In this document: positions 20,410 through 31,340 of the stretch, in pieces | Numbering within the stretch: the stretch's first letter is position 1 | Layout: every line of letters begins with the position of its first letter | Source of the DNA: Clostridia bacterium | GTDB taxonomy: Bacteria; Bacillota; Sulfobacillia; JAJZYS01; JAJYTV01 | DNA length: 64,000 nucleotides | Reading direction: 5' to 3' | Assembly (NCBI GenBank): GCA_027420455.1 | Contig: DAIBJA010000072.1 | Span: 24-64,023 of the forward strand | The notes under the pieces: model-generated | Database searches by the model: none | Seen by the model: the letters and a program-made list of their open reading frames with translations, nothing else | What the model was told of the DNA's origin: nothing | Made by a program: the position numbers and the translations under genes

Positions 20410-21352
20410 AGACATCGCGCTCGTCGCGATCTTCGCCTTCATCTTTTCCGGCATGTGGGCACTGCTCTCGCCGGACCCCGCCATGGTCCGTCAGCTTCGC
20501 CGCACCGTGCATCGCGGCGAGAGTCCGGCGGCGGACGAGGCGCAACGGGAGCCGTCGCGCACGCCGCGCGAGCGCATCGCGTCCGCGCTCGAGGCCATGA
20601 TCCTGCGGCGCTCGCTCGTGCAAAGCCTCGAGGCGAGGCTGCGCGCCGCGGATCTCGAACTGCGCGTGGGCGAGTTCCTGCTGCTCAGCCTGGGCCTGGG
20701 CGTCCTGGGTCTGCTGCTCGCGCTGCTCCTGGGCGGCGGAGTGCTCCTGCTGCTCGCGCCCATGCTGCTCGCGCTGCCCACGCTCTTTCTGGGCACGCGG
20801 TCGCAGGAGCGCCGCAAGCAGATCGGCCTTGCGCTGCCCGATGCGCTCGGCAGCACCGCAAGCGCCCTGCGGGCGGGCTTCTCGCTCCTCCAGGCGCTTG
20901 ACGCCTGCGCGCGCCAGACGAAGGGGCCGCTCGGGCAGGAACTCGACCGCATGCTGGCCGAGACGCGCGTCGGCGTGCCCGTAGACGAAGCGCTCGAAAA
21001 TCTGGCGAAGCGGGCAGGTTCGCCCGACCTCACCCTCATGGTCACGGCTGTCCAGATCCAGCGCCAGGTCGGAGGCAATCTGGCCGAGGTGCTCGACCGC
21101 ATCCAGCAGACGATCCGGGAGCGCATCCGCCTGCAGGCGGAGGTGCGGGCGCTCTCGGCCCAGGGCCGCATGTCTTCCATGATCATCGGCCTCTTGCCGA
21201 TCGGACTTCTGGTGATGATGGCGATGCTCGCTCCCGCCTTTGTCGGTCCGATGCTGCAACCGGGCATCGGCCGCATGCTTCTCATCCTGGCGGGACTCTT
21301 CGAGATCGCGGGCTTCTTCGTCCTCAGCCGCGTCGTGCGGATCGAGGTCTAG
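20402..21352 (+). CDS. tadB: TadB pilus assembly membrane protein.
   Basis: T2SS-F-like polytopic membrane protein. Start at the internal ATG overlaps the cpaF stop by 8 nt. Confidence 0.8.
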   Translation: MGRDIALVAIFAFIFSGMWALLSPDPAMVRQLRRTVHRGESPAADEAQREPSRTPRERIASALEAMILRRSLVQSLEARLRAADLELRVGEFLLLSLGLGVLGLLLALLLGGGVLLLLAPMLLALPTLFLGTRSQERRKQIGLALPDALGSTASALRAGFSLLQALDACARQTKGPLGQELDRMLAETRVGVPVDEALENLAKRAGSPDLTLMVTAVQIQRQVGGNLAEVLDRIQQTIRERIRLQAEVRALSAQGRMSSMIIGLLPIGLLVMMAMLAPAFVGPMLQPGIGRMLLILAGLFEIAGFFVLSRVVRIEV

Positions 21353-21355
21353 ACC

Positions 21356-22243
21356 ATGGAGATAATCACCGTGCTCCTGGCCATCGCCCTCGGCTACAGC
21401 ATCGGACTCTACATCGTCGCTCCCGGCGCGGTGCAGGAGCTTGAGCGCATCCAGCTCGAACGCGTCGTCCGCCACCGCAACGGAGCGGTAGCCGCTGCCG
21501 ACCCGGAACGCGGGTTCATCGACCGGTTCCTGCGACCACTGCTCGAGGAGCTGTCGCGTGTCCTCATGCGCTACCTGCCGCAGCGCCAGGGCGATCTGCT
21601 GCGGAAGCGAATCGAGCGCGCTGGCAATCCGACGTCCCCCGGCGTGCTGCTCGGCAGCCGCTTCCTGCTGCTGATCATCGGACTCCTGCCGGCGCTCTTC
21701 GGCGGCATGGCCATACTGATCGGCGCGGCACTCGGCATCCTCGGCTGGCGCCTGCCGGACTTCTGGCTCGCGCGTCGCGCCACCGCGCGCCAGCACCTGA
21801 TGCTGCACCAGCTGCCGGACGTGCTGGACCTCCTGTCGGTCTCGGTCGAGGCGGGTCTCGGCTTCGACGCGGCACTCTCGCGCGTGACGGGCCGATTCGG
21901 TGAGCCGGTCACGGGCGAGTTCGGCCGGCTCCTGCGCGAACTGCAGCTCGGCAGACCCAGGGCGGAGGCGCTCTCCGACCTCGCCAGGCGCATGGACCTC
22001 CCAGACCTCACGGCGTTCGTCGGAGCGGTGGTGCAGGCCGACGAGCTGGGCGTCGGAATCGCGACGGTGCTGCGGGCACAGAGCGAGCAGATGCGCTCAC
22101 TCAGGCGCCAGCGCGCTCAGGAGGCGGCGCTCAAGGTGCCGATCAAGATGCTCTTCCCTTTGATCTTCCTCGTCTTTCCGGCCCTGTTCATCGTTCTCCT
22201 CGGTCCGGCCGTGCTTTCCTTCGTGCGGACTCTGCATCACTGA
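21356..22243 (+). CDS. tadC: TadC pilus assembly membrane protein.
   Basis: T2SS-F-like membrane protein, paralogous to tadB. Confidence 0.8.
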   Translation: MEIITVLLAIALGYSIGLYIVAPGAVQELERIQLERVVRHRNGAVAAADPERGFIDRFLRPLLEELSRVLMRYLPQRQGDLLRKRIERAGNPTSPGVLLGSRFLLLIIGLLPALFGGMAILIGAALGILGWRLPDFWLARRATARQHLMLHQLPDVLDLLSVSVEAGLGFDAALSRVTGRFGEPVTGEFGRLLRELQLGRPRAEALSDLARRMDLPDLTAFVGAVVQADELGVGIATVLRAQSEQMRSLRRQRAQEAALKVPIKMLFPLIFLVFPALFIVLLGPAVLSFVRTLHH

Positions 22244-23355
22244 GCGTGTTCGGCCTCGACGAGCGGACATGCGGGGTCCGATGCGAAAGGGTCGCCGAAC
22301 GAGGCGTAGGCGCGTGCGCGCGAGCCGCCGCAGACGCCGCGGTACTCGCAGGAGCCGCAGCGGCCGGCGAATTCGCGGCGGCGGATGCGCTGGAGAAGCG
22401 GGTCGTCGCGGTAGACCGCCACGAGGTCGTCCTGGCGGACATTGCCGAGTTCGAGCGGCAGAAAGCCGCCCGGCGAGATAGTGCCGTCGTGCGCGACGAA
22501 GAGGATGCCGTCGCCGTCGAGCGTGCCTCGCGTGCCCATGCGCACCGGATGGGCAGCGGCGCCGACGAGACGCTCAAGCTCCTGCCGGAGATGCGCGTGC
22601 AGCGCTCCGCCTTCCTTGCCAGCCTCGCGCTCGCGCAGCACGCGGCGCACGAACGGGGCTTCCACAGTGCGCACCAGCATGTCGTAGCGGGACACGTCGA
22701 GCAAAAAGTGGCACACATCGTCGTGCTCCCGGGGACTGAGCGCATCATCGTCGCCGGCTCGGCCTGTGACGATGAGGAAGAAGACCTCCCAGATGGGAAC
22801 GCCCTCACGCAGCAGGAGGGCGGCGATCTCCGGCAGCGTGTCGAGCGTCGAACGCATCACCACCGTGTTGATCTGCACCTTGAGCCCTACAGAGAGGGCG
22901 GCGCGGGTGGCGGCGAGCGTGAGCTCGTAGGTGCCTTCGACTCCTCGAATGCCGTCGTGGACGGGTCCTGGCGCGTCGAGGCTCAGCGACACCGACTGCA
23001 CGCCCGAGTCCTTGAGGCGCTGCAGCATGCTGCGATCGAGGAGAGGCGTGGCGGCCGGGGCGGCGGCGACGTGCAGGCCGAGCCGGTTGGCTTCGGCGAT
23101 CAGGTCGAAGATGTCGTCCCGCAGTATGAGGTCGCCGCCGGTGAAGACGATGATGGGCGGCGGATCGCCAAATGCGCGGATGCTCCGCAGAAGGCGCATG
23201 CCTTCCTCGGTGTCGAGCTGGCCCGGAAGAGGATTCGGCTGTGCCGTGGCGCGGCAGTGCCGGCAGGCGAGCAGACAGGCTTTCGTGGTCTCCCAGAAGA
23301 CGAGCATCGGCCGCTCGGAAAACGGCGACCGGATGTCAGCTGGCGCTATCGACAT
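22237..23355 (-). CDS. Radical SAM / SPASM-domain protein (AhbD/NirJ-like).
   Basis: CxxxCxxC (ETTKACLLACRHC), FTGGDLILRDD, and a C-terminal SPASM cluster CGSCEYRGVCGGS..C. Start taken at the internal ATG (MSIAPADIRSPF). Confidence 0.7.
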   Translation of the reverse strand: MSIAPADIRSPFSERPMLVFWETTKACLLACRHCRATAQPNPLPGQLDTEEGMRLLRSIRAFGDPPPIIVFTGGDLILRDDIFDLIAEANRLGLHVAAAPAATPLLDRSMLQRLKDSGVQSVSLSLDAPGPVHDGIRGVEGTYELTLAATRAALSVGLKVQINTVVMRSTLDTLPEIAALLLREGVPIWEVFFLIVTGRAGDDDALSPREHDDVCHFLLDVSRYDMLVRTVEAPFVRRVLREREAGKEGGALHAHLRQELERLVGAAAHPVRMGTRGTLDGDGILFVAHDGTISPGGFLPLELGNVRQDDLVAVYRDDPLLQRIRRREFAGRCGSCEYRGVCGGSRARAYASFGDPFASDPACPLVEAEHAQ

Positions 23356-23546
23356 GGAGCATTCCCCCACGAGCGAAACTGTCCCGAAGCGTAGCACTTT
23401 CGCCCGCATGAGACGAGTTCCGTCCGGACCGATTCGGGCCGCGTCGGTGCCGGCTGTGGGGCAGGGGAATGGCGGGTGGACAGGAAATCGCGCCCGGGCG
23501 TGCGAAATGCGTCGAAGTGTCCGCTCTGTGGTGGAGGGATTTGCAC

Positions 23547-24857
23547 TTGTCGACCGCACAGAAGGGGCTCATTGCGACACTCGTGCTCGGGGTGTTCCTG
23601 AGTGCGGCGGATCTCAGCCTCTTGGCACCAGGCCTCGAGCCGATTGCGCACGCCCTGCACCTGCCCACGGCCCTCGCATCCTGGCTCGTGACGCTCTACG
23701 CCATCGTCTATGGCGTCTGCCTGCCCATCCTGGGCGTGCTTGGGGACCGCCACGGTCGCCGCGTGCTCTTCGCTGCGGGCGGCGTCACATTCGCGCTGGG
23801 GTCCGTGCTCAGCGGATTTGCCGGCGGGTTCCCGCTTCTCCTTGTCGGCCGTGGCCTGCAGGCCGCAGGTGCCGCCGCCCTCCTGCCGCTTGTGAGCGCC
23901 GAGATCGCCCAGGCGTTCGCGCCCGAGCGTCGCGGCGCCATACTTGGCGTCCTGGGCGCCGTCTACGGCATCGCCGCGATCATCGCACCGCCGATCGGTG
24001 GTGTCATCGTCAGCGGACTCGGCTGGCACTGGCTCTTCCTCGTCACCGCTCCGCTCGGCCTCGCAGTGGCAGTTCTGGCCTTCATCTACGTCTCGGAGGG
24101 CACGCACGCCGTGCCGGAAGGGGCAGACCTGCAGGGTGCCGCGCTCACCGCGCTCGCGATGGCCGCCATCCTCCTGGGCGTCGAGATGCTCGACCGCCAT
24201 GCGCTGCCGCTCGGCTGGGCCAGCCTGGTCTTCGGTATCTTGCTCCTGCCGAACCTGATCCTCTGGGAGCGCTCCGCCGCGGCGCCGATCTTCCAAGGCG
24301 GCGGTCGCCTCGTGCCGGTGTACCTGCTCGGCTGCCTCAGTGCCGCCGCCATGGCCGCTGCGCTCTTTGTACCGCTCTACGCGGTGCGGGTCTTGCACCT
24401 ACCGGAGGTGGCGTCGGGCACGGCCCTCTTGCCGATGGCCCTCGCCAGCGCCGCGACATCCTATTATGGAGGGCGGCTGGCCGATCGCATCGGACCCCGC
24501 TGGGTCCTCTCCTTCGGGTTTCTGCTCATGGCGTCCGGGTCTGTCGCGGTGGTCACGGTCGGCGGACTCGCGGGCATGATCGCGGGACTTTTGCTGCTCG
24601 GGGGCGGTGTGGGCCTTACCATGGGATCGCCGTTGCAGTATCTTGTTTTGGGGTTCGCACCGAAGACGCAGGCTGGTTCCGCCCAGGCGCTGCTGGGAAC
24701 GTTCCGGGCACTCGGCGTGGCGATCGGACCGGTGGTCTACGGCAGCATGCTGCCGGCGTTCACCAGCCTCTTTCTGGCCGTCGCAGTGATCGGCGTCCTT
24801 GGCCTCTTGGGGACGGCTTGGCTGTGGGGGATGCGGTTGCGCCCCAGCCCGGTCTGA
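23547..24857 (+). CDS. MFS transporter (drug/metabolite:H+ antiporter type).
   Basis: 12-TM MFS signature GDRHGRR. Proposed TTG start lies 8 nt after GGAGGG. Confidence 0.75.
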   Translation: MSTAQKGLIATLVLGVFLSAADLSLLAPGLEPIAHALHLPTALASWLVTLYAIVYGVCLPILGVLGDRHGRRVLFAAGGVTFALGSVLSGFAGGFPLLLVGRGLQAAGAAALLPLVSAEIAQAFAPERRGAILGVLGAVYGIAAIIAPPIGGVIVSGLGWHWLFLVTAPLGLAVAVLAFIYVSEGTHAVPEGADLQGAALTALAMAAILLGVEMLDRHALPLGWASLVFGILLLPNLILWERSAAAPIFQGGGRLVPVYLLGCLSAAAMAAALFVPLYAVRVLHLPEVASGTALLPMALASAATSYYGGRLADRIGPRWVLSFGFLLMASGSVAVVTVGGLAGMIAGLLLLGGGVGLTMGSPLQYLVLGFAPKTQAGSAQALLGTFRALGVAIGPVVYGSMLPAFTSLFLAVAVIGVLGLLGTAWLWGMRLRPSPV

Positions 24858-24958
24858 CGAACCATCAGCTGACCTACGGGCGCATAGAGCCCTTAAGTGG
24901 GGAGCGCAGACCGGAGATCGAGATGGGATCGCGCGGTGGCGATCCAGGAGGCATGGGA

Positions 24959-26074
24959 ATGGGAAAGCGGACACCTCTCTACGAGGAGCACCTGGCCCTT
25001 GGCGGCCGCATGGTGGACTTCGGCGGCTGGGACATGCCCGTGCAGTACCCGGCCGGGATCCTGGCGGAGCACGAGGCGGTGCGACAGCGCGCAGGCATGT
25101 TTGACGTCTCGCACATGGGCGAGATCGACCTGCACGGTGCGCGGGCGCTCGAGTTTGCCGACGAACTGGTGACGAACGACTGCCTCAAGCTCGAGGAGAA
25201 CCAGGTCCTCTATTCACCTATGTGCTACGAGCACGGCGGCGTGGTCGACGACCTCCTCGTCTACCGGCTCGAGCCGGGCCACGTCCTGCTCGTCGTGAAC
25301 GCCGCGAATACGGAGAAGGACGTCAACTGGGTCATGGAGCGGCGGCAGCAGCTGTTCCCGGACGTCGAGGCCGTGGACATCTCCGCCAAGACGGCTGAGA
25401 TCGCGCTGCAGGGGCCGAAGGCACAGGAGATCCTGCAGAGCCTGACATCCTTCGACCTGAAGCGGATCGCCTTCTTCTGGGTGCAGCCGGACATCGAGAT
25501 CGCGGGGCGGCAGGCGCTCTGGGTCTCGCGGACGGGCTACACCGGGGAGGACGGCTTCGAGATCTACCTGCGTCCGGAGGACGCCGTCCACGTCTGGCGT
25601 GAGATCCTACGGGCAGGGGAATCCTACGGCATCTTGCCGTGCGGTCTCGGTGCGAGGGACTCTCTCCGGTTCGAGGCTTGCCTGCCGCTCTACGGGCAGG
25701 AGCTCGACCAGGACCACACACCGCTCCAGTCCGGACTCAAGTACTGGGTGCGGCTCGAGAAGGAGCACTTCACCGGCATCGAACCCCTGAAGGCGGAGCA
25801 GGAGTCGGGCGGTCCGAAGCGGCGGCTCGTCGGCTTCAGGCTCGAAGAACGCGGCATTGCGCGCCACGGCTACCCGATCCTGAGCCCATCGGGCGAGGAG
25901 ATCGGCGTTGTGACGAGCGGCATGCTCTCGCCCACGCTGGGCGAGGCGATCGGACTCGGCTTCGTACCGGCCGAGTACGCACAGGTGGGCACGCGCATTG
26001 CGGTCTCGGTGCGCGGCCGCGCGATTGCGGCGGAAATTATCAAGAGGCCGTTCTACAGGAGGAGTGGCAAGTGA
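24959..26074 (+). CDS. gcvT: Glycine cleavage system T protein (aminomethyltransferase).
   Basis: MGKRTPLYEEHLALGGRMVDFGGWDMPVQY. AGGAGG RBS with a 7-nt spacer. Confidence 0.9.
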   Translation: MGKRTPLYEEHLALGGRMVDFGGWDMPVQYPAGILAEHEAVRQRAGMFDVSHMGEIDLHGARALEFADELVTNDCLKLEENQVLYSPMCYEHGGVVDDLLVYRLEPGHVLLVVNAANTEKDVNWVMERRQQLFPDVEAVDISAKTAEIALQGPKAQEILQSLTSFDLKRIAFFWVQPDIEIAGRQALWVSRTGYTGEDGFEIYLRPEDAVHVWREILRAGESYGILPCGLGARDSLRFEACLPLYGQELDQDHTPLQSGLKYWVRLEKEHFTGIEPLKAEQESGGPKRRLVGFRLEERGIARHGYPILSPSGEEIGVVTSGMLSPTLGEAIGLGFVPAEYAQVGTRIAVSVRGRAIAAEIIKRPFYRRSGK

Positions 26075-26457
26075 AGACACCGTCCGAGCTCCGTTACACC
26101 GAGGACCACGAGTGGTTGCGCCCTGAAGGCAAGTCCGCCCGCATCGGCATCACCGACTTTGCGCAGGACCAGCTCGGCGACGTGGTGTTCGTCGAGCTGC
26201 CGGAAGTCGGCCGCGACGTCAAGAAGGGCGAGGCGTTCGGCGTAGTCGAGTCCGTGAAGAGCGTCTCGGACGTCTTTGCGCCGATCACCGGCAAGGTCGT
26301 CGCGGCGAACCAGGCGCTCGTCGACACGCCGGAGCTTGTCAACCAGGACCCGTACGGCCAGGGCTGGATCGTCGAGATCGAGATCGCGGACGACGCCGAG
26401 GTGGGGGCGCTGCTCGACGCCCAGGGTTACACGGCCCTGCAGGAGGGCGGGCACTGA
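26071..26457 (+). CDS. gcvH: Glycine cleavage system H protein (lipoyl carrier).
   Basis: ESVKSVSDVFAP lipoyl-lysine motif. GTG overlaps the gcvT stop. Confidence 0.9.
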   Translation: MKTPSELRYTEDHEWLRPEGKSARIGITDFAQDQLGDVVFVELPEVGRDVKKGEAFGVVESVKSVSDVFAPITGKVVAANQALVDTPELVNQDPYGQGWIVEIEIADDAEVGALLDAQGYTALQEGGH

Positions 26458-26458
26458 C

Positions 26459-27799
26459 ATGCGCTTCACCCCGCATACCGAGGAAGATCGGCGCGAAATG
26501 CTGCGGCAGATCGGCGCCTCCTCCGTCGAGGAGCTCTTCTCCGATCTGCCTGAGGCCGTGCGCCTCGATCGTCCCCTGCATCTGCCTGAGGGCCTTTCCG
26601 AAAGTGAAGTGGCCCAGCTTCTGGCGGACCTTGCGGCACAAGACCTCGACATGGGCCGGCATGTCTCGTTCCTAGGCGCCGGTGCTTACGACCGCTACAT
26701 CCCGTCCGTCGTGGGCGAGATGCTGCGGCGCTCGGAGTTCTACACGGCGTACACGCCGTACCAGCCTGAGATCAGCCAAGGCACGCTGCAGGCCATCTTC
26801 GAGTTCCAGTCGCTGATCGCCGCCCTCACGGACCTCGACATTGCGCAGGCTTCCCTCTACGACGGCGCCACGGCCGTGGCCGAAGCCGCGATGCTGGCCT
26901 GGGGCCAGACGGGCAGGGAGCGGATCGTCGTCGCGCGCTCCGTCGACCCGCAGTACCGGGCCGTCCTGCGCACCTACGCGCACGGCCGCGGGCTTGAAGT
27001 GGTAGAGCTGCCGCTCCGCGACGGGCGCGCAGCGGCCGAGGATGTCACCGCGGTGGCCGAGGGAGCTGCCTGCGTCATTGTGCAGCACCCGAACTTCTTC
27101 GGCCTGCTCGAGGACGTCGACAGCATGGTCAAGGCGACGCACGCCGCCGGTGCACTCTACATCGCAGTCTCGGACCCCATCTCGCTGGCCGTGCTGCGGC
27201 CGCCAGGCGCCTACGGTGCCGACGTCGCCGTGGGTGAGGGCCAGGCGCTCGGCATCGCGCCGTCGTTCGGCGGTCCGTTCCTCGGCTTCATGGCCGCACG
27301 TCAGGAGTACCTGAGGCGCCTGCCCGGCCGCATCGTCGGCGAGACGGCGGACAAGGACGGCAAGAAGGGCTACGTCCTCACGTTCCAGACGCGTGAGCAG
27401 CACATCCGGCGTGAGAAGGCCACATCCAACATCTGCACCAACCAGGGCCTCATGGCTCTTTCCGCAACGATCTACACGACTCTCCTGGGACCGGAGGGAC
27501 TCAGGCAGGCCGCGGCGCTCTCGATCGAGGGAGCCCATGTCCTGGGCGACGGGCTCGGCCGGGTGGCCGGCGCCGATCTGGCGTTCTCAGGTCCCTACGC
27601 CTTCGAGGTCGCGGTGCGCAGCCGGGCGAAGGTCGCCGATGTCGAGGCGGCCATGCTGAAGGCAGGCATGCTCGGACCGCTCGACCTCGAGCGGTTCTAC
27701 CCGGAGCTCCCTGGCTACATGCTGCTCTCCGTCACGGAGAAGAGGACAACCGAGGAGATCGGAAGGCTCCTCGACGTGCTGCAGGGGGTCGAGGCATGA
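26459..27799 (+). CDS. gcvPA: Glycine dehydrogenase (decarboxylating) subunit 1.
   Basis: Clear GcvPA homology across its length. Confidence 0.9.
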   Translation: MRFTPHTEEDRREMLRQIGASSVEELFSDLPEAVRLDRPLHLPEGLSESEVAQLLADLAAQDLDMGRHVSFLGAGAYDRYIPSVVGEMLRRSEFYTAYTPYQPEISQGTLQAIFEFQSLIAALTDLDIAQASLYDGATAVAEAAMLAWGQTGRERIVVARSVDPQYRAVLRTYAHGRGLEVVELPLRDGRAAAEDVTAVAEGAACVIVQHPNFFGLLEDVDSMVKATHAAGALYIAVSDPISLAVLRPPGAYGADVAVGEGQALGIAPSFGGPFLGFMAARQEYLRRLPGRIVGETADKDGKKGYVLTFQTREQHIRREKATSNICTNQGLMALSATIYTTLLGPEGLRQAAALSIEGAHVLGDGLGRVAGADLAFSGPYAFEVAVRSRAKVADVEAAMLKAGMLGPLDLERFYPELPGYMLLSVTEKRTTEEIGRLLDVLQGVEA

Positions 27800-29238
27800 A
27801 GACGATCTTCGAGGAACACGCACCTGGACGCGGCACTGAGTATCTGCCGAGCCGCAAGGTGGACCTCGGCGCATTCCTGCCGGCGGCGGAGATCCGCAAG
27901 GAACTGCCGCTCCCGGAACTCTCCGAGGTCCAGGCAGTGCGCCACTTCACAGGTCTCTCGCGCCGCAACTACGGCGTCGACAACGGCTTCTACCCGCTCG
28001 GCTCCTGCACGATGAAGTACAACCCCAAGATCAACGAGGACACGGCGCGCCTGCCGGGCTTCGCGCAGGTGCACCCGTACCAGAGCGAGGAGACGGTCCA
28101 GGGCGCCTTGCGGTTGATGTGGGAACTGCAGCAGGACCTCGCTGAGATCACCGGCATGGACGCCGTGTCGCTGCAGCCCGCTGCAGGCGCACACGGAGAG
28201 CTGACCGGCATCCTCATCGTCCGGGCCTACCACGAGGCGAAGGGCGATGCAGAGCGCACGCAGGTGATCGTGCCCGACTCGGCGCACGGCACCAACCCGG
28301 CCACGGCTGCCATGGCCGGCTTCGAAGTGGTGCACGTGCCGTCGGACGAGCGGGGTGGCGTCGACGTGGAGGCGCTTCGCCAGCTGGCGTCCAAGAAGAC
28401 GGCGGCGCTCATGCTGACGAACCCGAACACCCTCGGCGTGTTCGATGAGCGCATCACCGAGATCGCCGAGATCATCCACGCCGCGGGTGGACTCCTCTAC
28501 TACGACGGAGCCAACCTGAACGCGGTGCTCGGCCACTCGCGCCCTGGCGACATGGGCTTCGACATCGTCCACCTGAATCTGCACAAGACGTTCTCGACGC
28601 CGCACGGCGGCGGCGGCCCCGGCGCCGGCCCCGTGGGAGTCAAGGCGCATCTCAAGGACTTCCTGCCGATGCCGCTCGTGACGAACGAGCAGGGACACTT
28701 CCACCTGAGCTACGACCTGCCGCATTCGATCGGCCAGATGCGGTCGTTCTACGGCAACTTCGGCATCCTCGTGCGCGCCTACACCTATATCCGGGCACTG
28801 GGCGGAGCGGGTCTCAGAGAGGTCTCGGGCGACGCGGTGCTGAACGCCAACTACGTCCTCAGCCTGATCAAGGACCACTTCGACCTGCCCTTCGACCGCA
28901 TTCCCAAGCACGAGTTCGTCGTGGCTCCACCGGAGGACCTCGTCCGCCAGAAGGGCGTCAAGACGCTCGACATCGCCAAACGGCTGCTCGACTTCGACTT
29001 CCATCCGCCGACGGTCTACTTCCCGCTCATCGTCCACGAGGCGATGATGATCGAGCCGACCGAAACGGAGACCAAGGAGACCCTGCAGGGCTTCGCCGAG
29101 ATCCTCTGCCGCATCATCGACGAGGGCCGCGAGAACCCAGACTACGTCAAGTCGGCTCCGCACAACACCGTGGTGGGACGACTCGACGAGGCCAGGGCCG
29201 TCAAGCAGCCCAAGCTCCTCGAGCGGCTCGGTGGCTGA
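27796..29238 (+). CDS. gcvPB: Glycine dehydrogenase (decarboxylating) subunit 2.
   Basis: PLP site region [22 protein letters not shown] start/stop overlap. Confidence 0.9.
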   Translation: MKTIFEEHAPGRGTEYLPSRKVDLGAFLPAAEIRKELPLPELSEVQAVRHFTGLSRRNYGVDNGFYPLGSCTMKYNPKINEDTARLPGFAQVHPYQSEETVQGALRLMWELQQDLAEITGMDAVSLQPAAGAHGELTGILIVRAYHEAKGDAERTQVIVPDSAHGTNPATAAMAGFEVVHVPSDERGGVDVEALRQLASKKTAALMLTNPNTLGVFDERITEIAEIIHAAGGLLYYDGANLNAVLGHSRPGDMGFDIVHLNLHKTFSTPHGGGGPGAGPVGVKAHLKDFLPMPLVTNEQGHFHLSYDLPHSIGQMRSFYGNFGILVRAYTYIRALGGAGLREVSGDAVLNANYVLSLIKDHFDLPFDRIPKHEFVVAPPEDLVRQKGVKTLDIAKRLLDFDFHPPTVYFPLIVHEAMMIEPTETETKETLQGFAEILCRIIDEGRENPDYVKSAPHNTVVGRLDEARAVKQPKLLERLGG

Positions 29239-29953
29239 GCTCCTGATCCTGCGCGAGGGCGACCGCTCCGGCCGTTACAACATGGCCAGGGATCTCGCCC
29301 TCGCCGACCTTGCGCGCTCGGACGGCAAGGCGCGCCTGCGCCTTTACGGCTGGCGCCGGCCAACGCTTTCCCTCGGCTACGGCCAGTCCGATGCCATGTT
29401 CCACGTCGAGCGCCTCCATGCGCTCGGCGTGGACCTCGTGCGTCGTCCGACCGGTGGCAGAGCCGTGCTGCACCAGCACGAGGTGACGTACGCCTTCGTG
29501 GTGCCCATGGCCGAGCTCCCCGGCGATATCCGATCCACCTATCTCGAGATCGCCCGCCCGCTGCTCGCGGCCCTGCGCGAACTTGGCGCCGATGCCGGAC
29601 TCGCGGGAGACCCAGGACAGCCGGGGCGGGACGACAACTGCTTCCAACAGCCTTCGTGGTATGAGATCGAGGTGCAGGGACGCAAGCTTCTGGGCTCCGC
29701 CCAGGTGCGCCACATGGGTGTGCTGCTGCAGCATGGCGCCCTGCCCCTGCGCCTCGACTACGGGCTTTGGTCCCGGATCTTCGCGCCTCGAGACCCGCTC
29801 TCTTACGAACAGGCGATGCGGAGCCGCGCCATCGACCTCAGCCAGGCGATGGGACGCGAGCCCAGCCGCCGCGAGATACGGGACGCCCTGGCGAGGGCGT
29901 TTGCGACCTGGTGGGCGGAGCGCTCCAAGGAGGTATCTGACATTGCTCGCTGA
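29231..29953 (+). CDS. Lipoate-protein ligase family protein (short LipM/LipL/LplJ-like octanoyl/lipoyl transferase).
   Basis: BPL/LPL catalytic-domain motif GRKLLGSAQ. Position immediately after the gcv genes. Confidence 0.75.
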   Translation: MAELLILREGDRSGRYNMARDLALADLARSDGKARLRLYGWRRPTLSLGYGQSDAMFHVERLHALGVDLVRRPTGGRAVLHQHEVTYAFVVPMAELPGDIRSTYLEIARPLLAALRELGADAGLAGDPGQPGRDDNCFQQPSWYEIEVQGRKLLGSAQVRHMGVLLQHGALPLRLDYGLWSRIFAPRDPLSYEQAMRSRAIDLSQAMGREPSRREIRDALARAFATWWAERSKEVSDIAR

Positions 29954-31184
29954 CACGGATCCTGAAATCAAGCGCCTCATCGGCGCCGAGCTTGACCGCC
30001 AGCGCGGAACGCTCGAACTGATCGCCTCTGAGAACTTCACATCCCTCGCCGTGCTCGAGGCCATGGGCAGCGTACTGACCAACAAGTACGCCGAAGGCTA
30101 CCCCGGCCACCGCTACTATGGCGGCTGCCACGTCGTGGACGAGGTGGAGGACCTGGCGCGCAATCGCGCCTGCGCCCTCTTCCACGCGGAGTACGCCAAC
30201 GTCCAGCCGCACGCGGGTGCGCCAGCCAACATGGCGGCCTACCACGCGACGATCAAGCCCGGCGACACCGTGCTCGGCATGAAGCTGAGCGAGGGCGGAC
30301 ACCTGACGCACGGCAGCCCCGTGAACTTCTCCGGCCAGGACTACAACTTTGTCGCCTACGGCGTGAGCCCGGTGACGGAGCAGATCGACTACGACGAGAT
30401 CGAGGCCCTCGCCAAGGAGCATCATCCGAAGCTCATCGTGGCCGGCGCATCGGCCTACCCGCGCATCATCGACTTCCCTCGCCTGAGGCAGATCGCCGAC
30501 ACGGTCGGCGCGAAGCTGATGGTGGACATGGCGCACATCGCGGGCCTCGTGGCCGCCGGCGAGCACCCGACACCGGTCGGCTACGCTGACATCGTCACCT
30601 CGACAACGCACAAGACGCTGCGCGGCCCGCGCGGCGGCTTCGTCCTGACATCGCGCGAGCTCGGGCCCACCGTGGACAAGGTGGTGTTCCCGGGACTGCA
30701 GGGCGGTCCGCTCGAGCACATCATCGCCGCCAAGGCGGTAGCCTTCGGCGAGGCCATGCGACCCGAGTTCAAGGACTACCAGAAGGCCGTGCGCGAGAAC
30801 GCGCAGGCACTGGCCGCCGAGCTTCTCGCGCGCGGCTACCGGCTGGTCTCCGGCGGTACCGACAACCATCTTCTGCTGATGTCGTTCGTCGATCGCGACG
30901 ACCTCACGGGCAAGGAGGTCGAGCAGGCCCTCGAACAGGCCGGCATGACCGTCAACAAGAACACGGTGCCGGGCGAGAAGCGTTCGCCGTTCGTCACGAG
31001 CGGTGTGCGCATCGGCACGGCCGCCTTGACGACGCGCGGCATCCGCGCCCAGGAGATGCGCGAGATCGGCGGCATGATCGACGAGGCCATCAAGGGCCGC
31101 GAGAATCCGGCGCGCCTCGCGGAAATCCGCGAGCAGGCGCTGGAGCTTTGCCGCCGCTTCCCGCTCTATCCGGAACTCGCCTGA
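29943..31184 (+). CDS. glyA: Serine hydroxymethyltransferase.
   Basis: Motifs LELIASENF and [12 protein letters not shown] (PLP lysine). TTG start 9 nt after AAGGAGG. Confidence 0.9.
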   Translation: MLADTDPEIKRLIGAELDRQRGTLELIASENFTSLAVLEAMGSVLTNKYAEGYPGHRYYGGCHVVDEVEDLARNRACALFHAEYANVQPHAGAPANMAAYHATIKPGDTVLGMKLSEGGHLTHGSPVNFSGQDYNFVAYGVSPVTEQIDYDEIEALAKEHHPKLIVAGASAYPRIIDFPRLRQIADTVGAKLMVDMAHIAGLVAAGEHPTPVGYADIVTSTTHKTLRGPRGGFVLTSRELGPTVDKVVFPGLQGGPLEHIIAAKAVAFGEAMRPEFKDYQKAVRENAQALAAELLARGYRLVSGGTDNHLLLMSFVDRDDLTGKEVEQALEQAGMTVNKNTVPGEKRSPFVTSGVRIGTAALTTRGIRAQEMREIGGMIDEAIKGRENPARLAEIREQALELCRRFPLYPELA

Positions 31185-31188
31185 CGCA

Positions 31189-31232
31189 GAAGGGAAGGAG
31201 CTCCGGCAGGCCGGGGCTCCTTCCCTTTGCTG
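31189..31232 (+). terminator. Intrinsic terminator after glyA.
   Basis: Perfect 12-bp stem AAGGGAAGGAGC/GCTCCTTCCCTT followed by a T-containing tail. Confidence 0.6.
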
Positions 31233-31340
31233 CAAGGACGGTGGCGGGACTGCGAGCTGCCTGCACCTAGGGCTACTCTAGGCCCTGTCTAAGGTGAACC
31301 CAAGGAAAACTGTCCAGACTTCGCCCTGAGGAGGGACAGC

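Noticed and set aside
20324-21808. 494-aa minus-strand ORF over tadB/tadC.
   Set aside because: Antisense to two membrane-protein genes that show translational coupling and pilus-locus context.
22931-24955. The 1047-aa ORF 22931..26074, as if gcvT had a 670-aa N-terminal extension.
   Set aside because: The upstream 2 kb in this frame overlaps the MFS transporter in another frame and is Arg/Pro-rich junk. gcvT has its own AGGAGG RBS and a conserved N-terminus at 24959.
24858-24958. Possible glycine riboswitch before gcvT.
   Set aside because: The conserved aptamer motifs are absent and only about 100 nt are available. Kept as a low-interest check only.
27715-31235. Minus-strand ORFs 27715..29163 and 29838..31235.
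   Set aside because: Antisense to gcvPB and glyA, which have strong family signatures.
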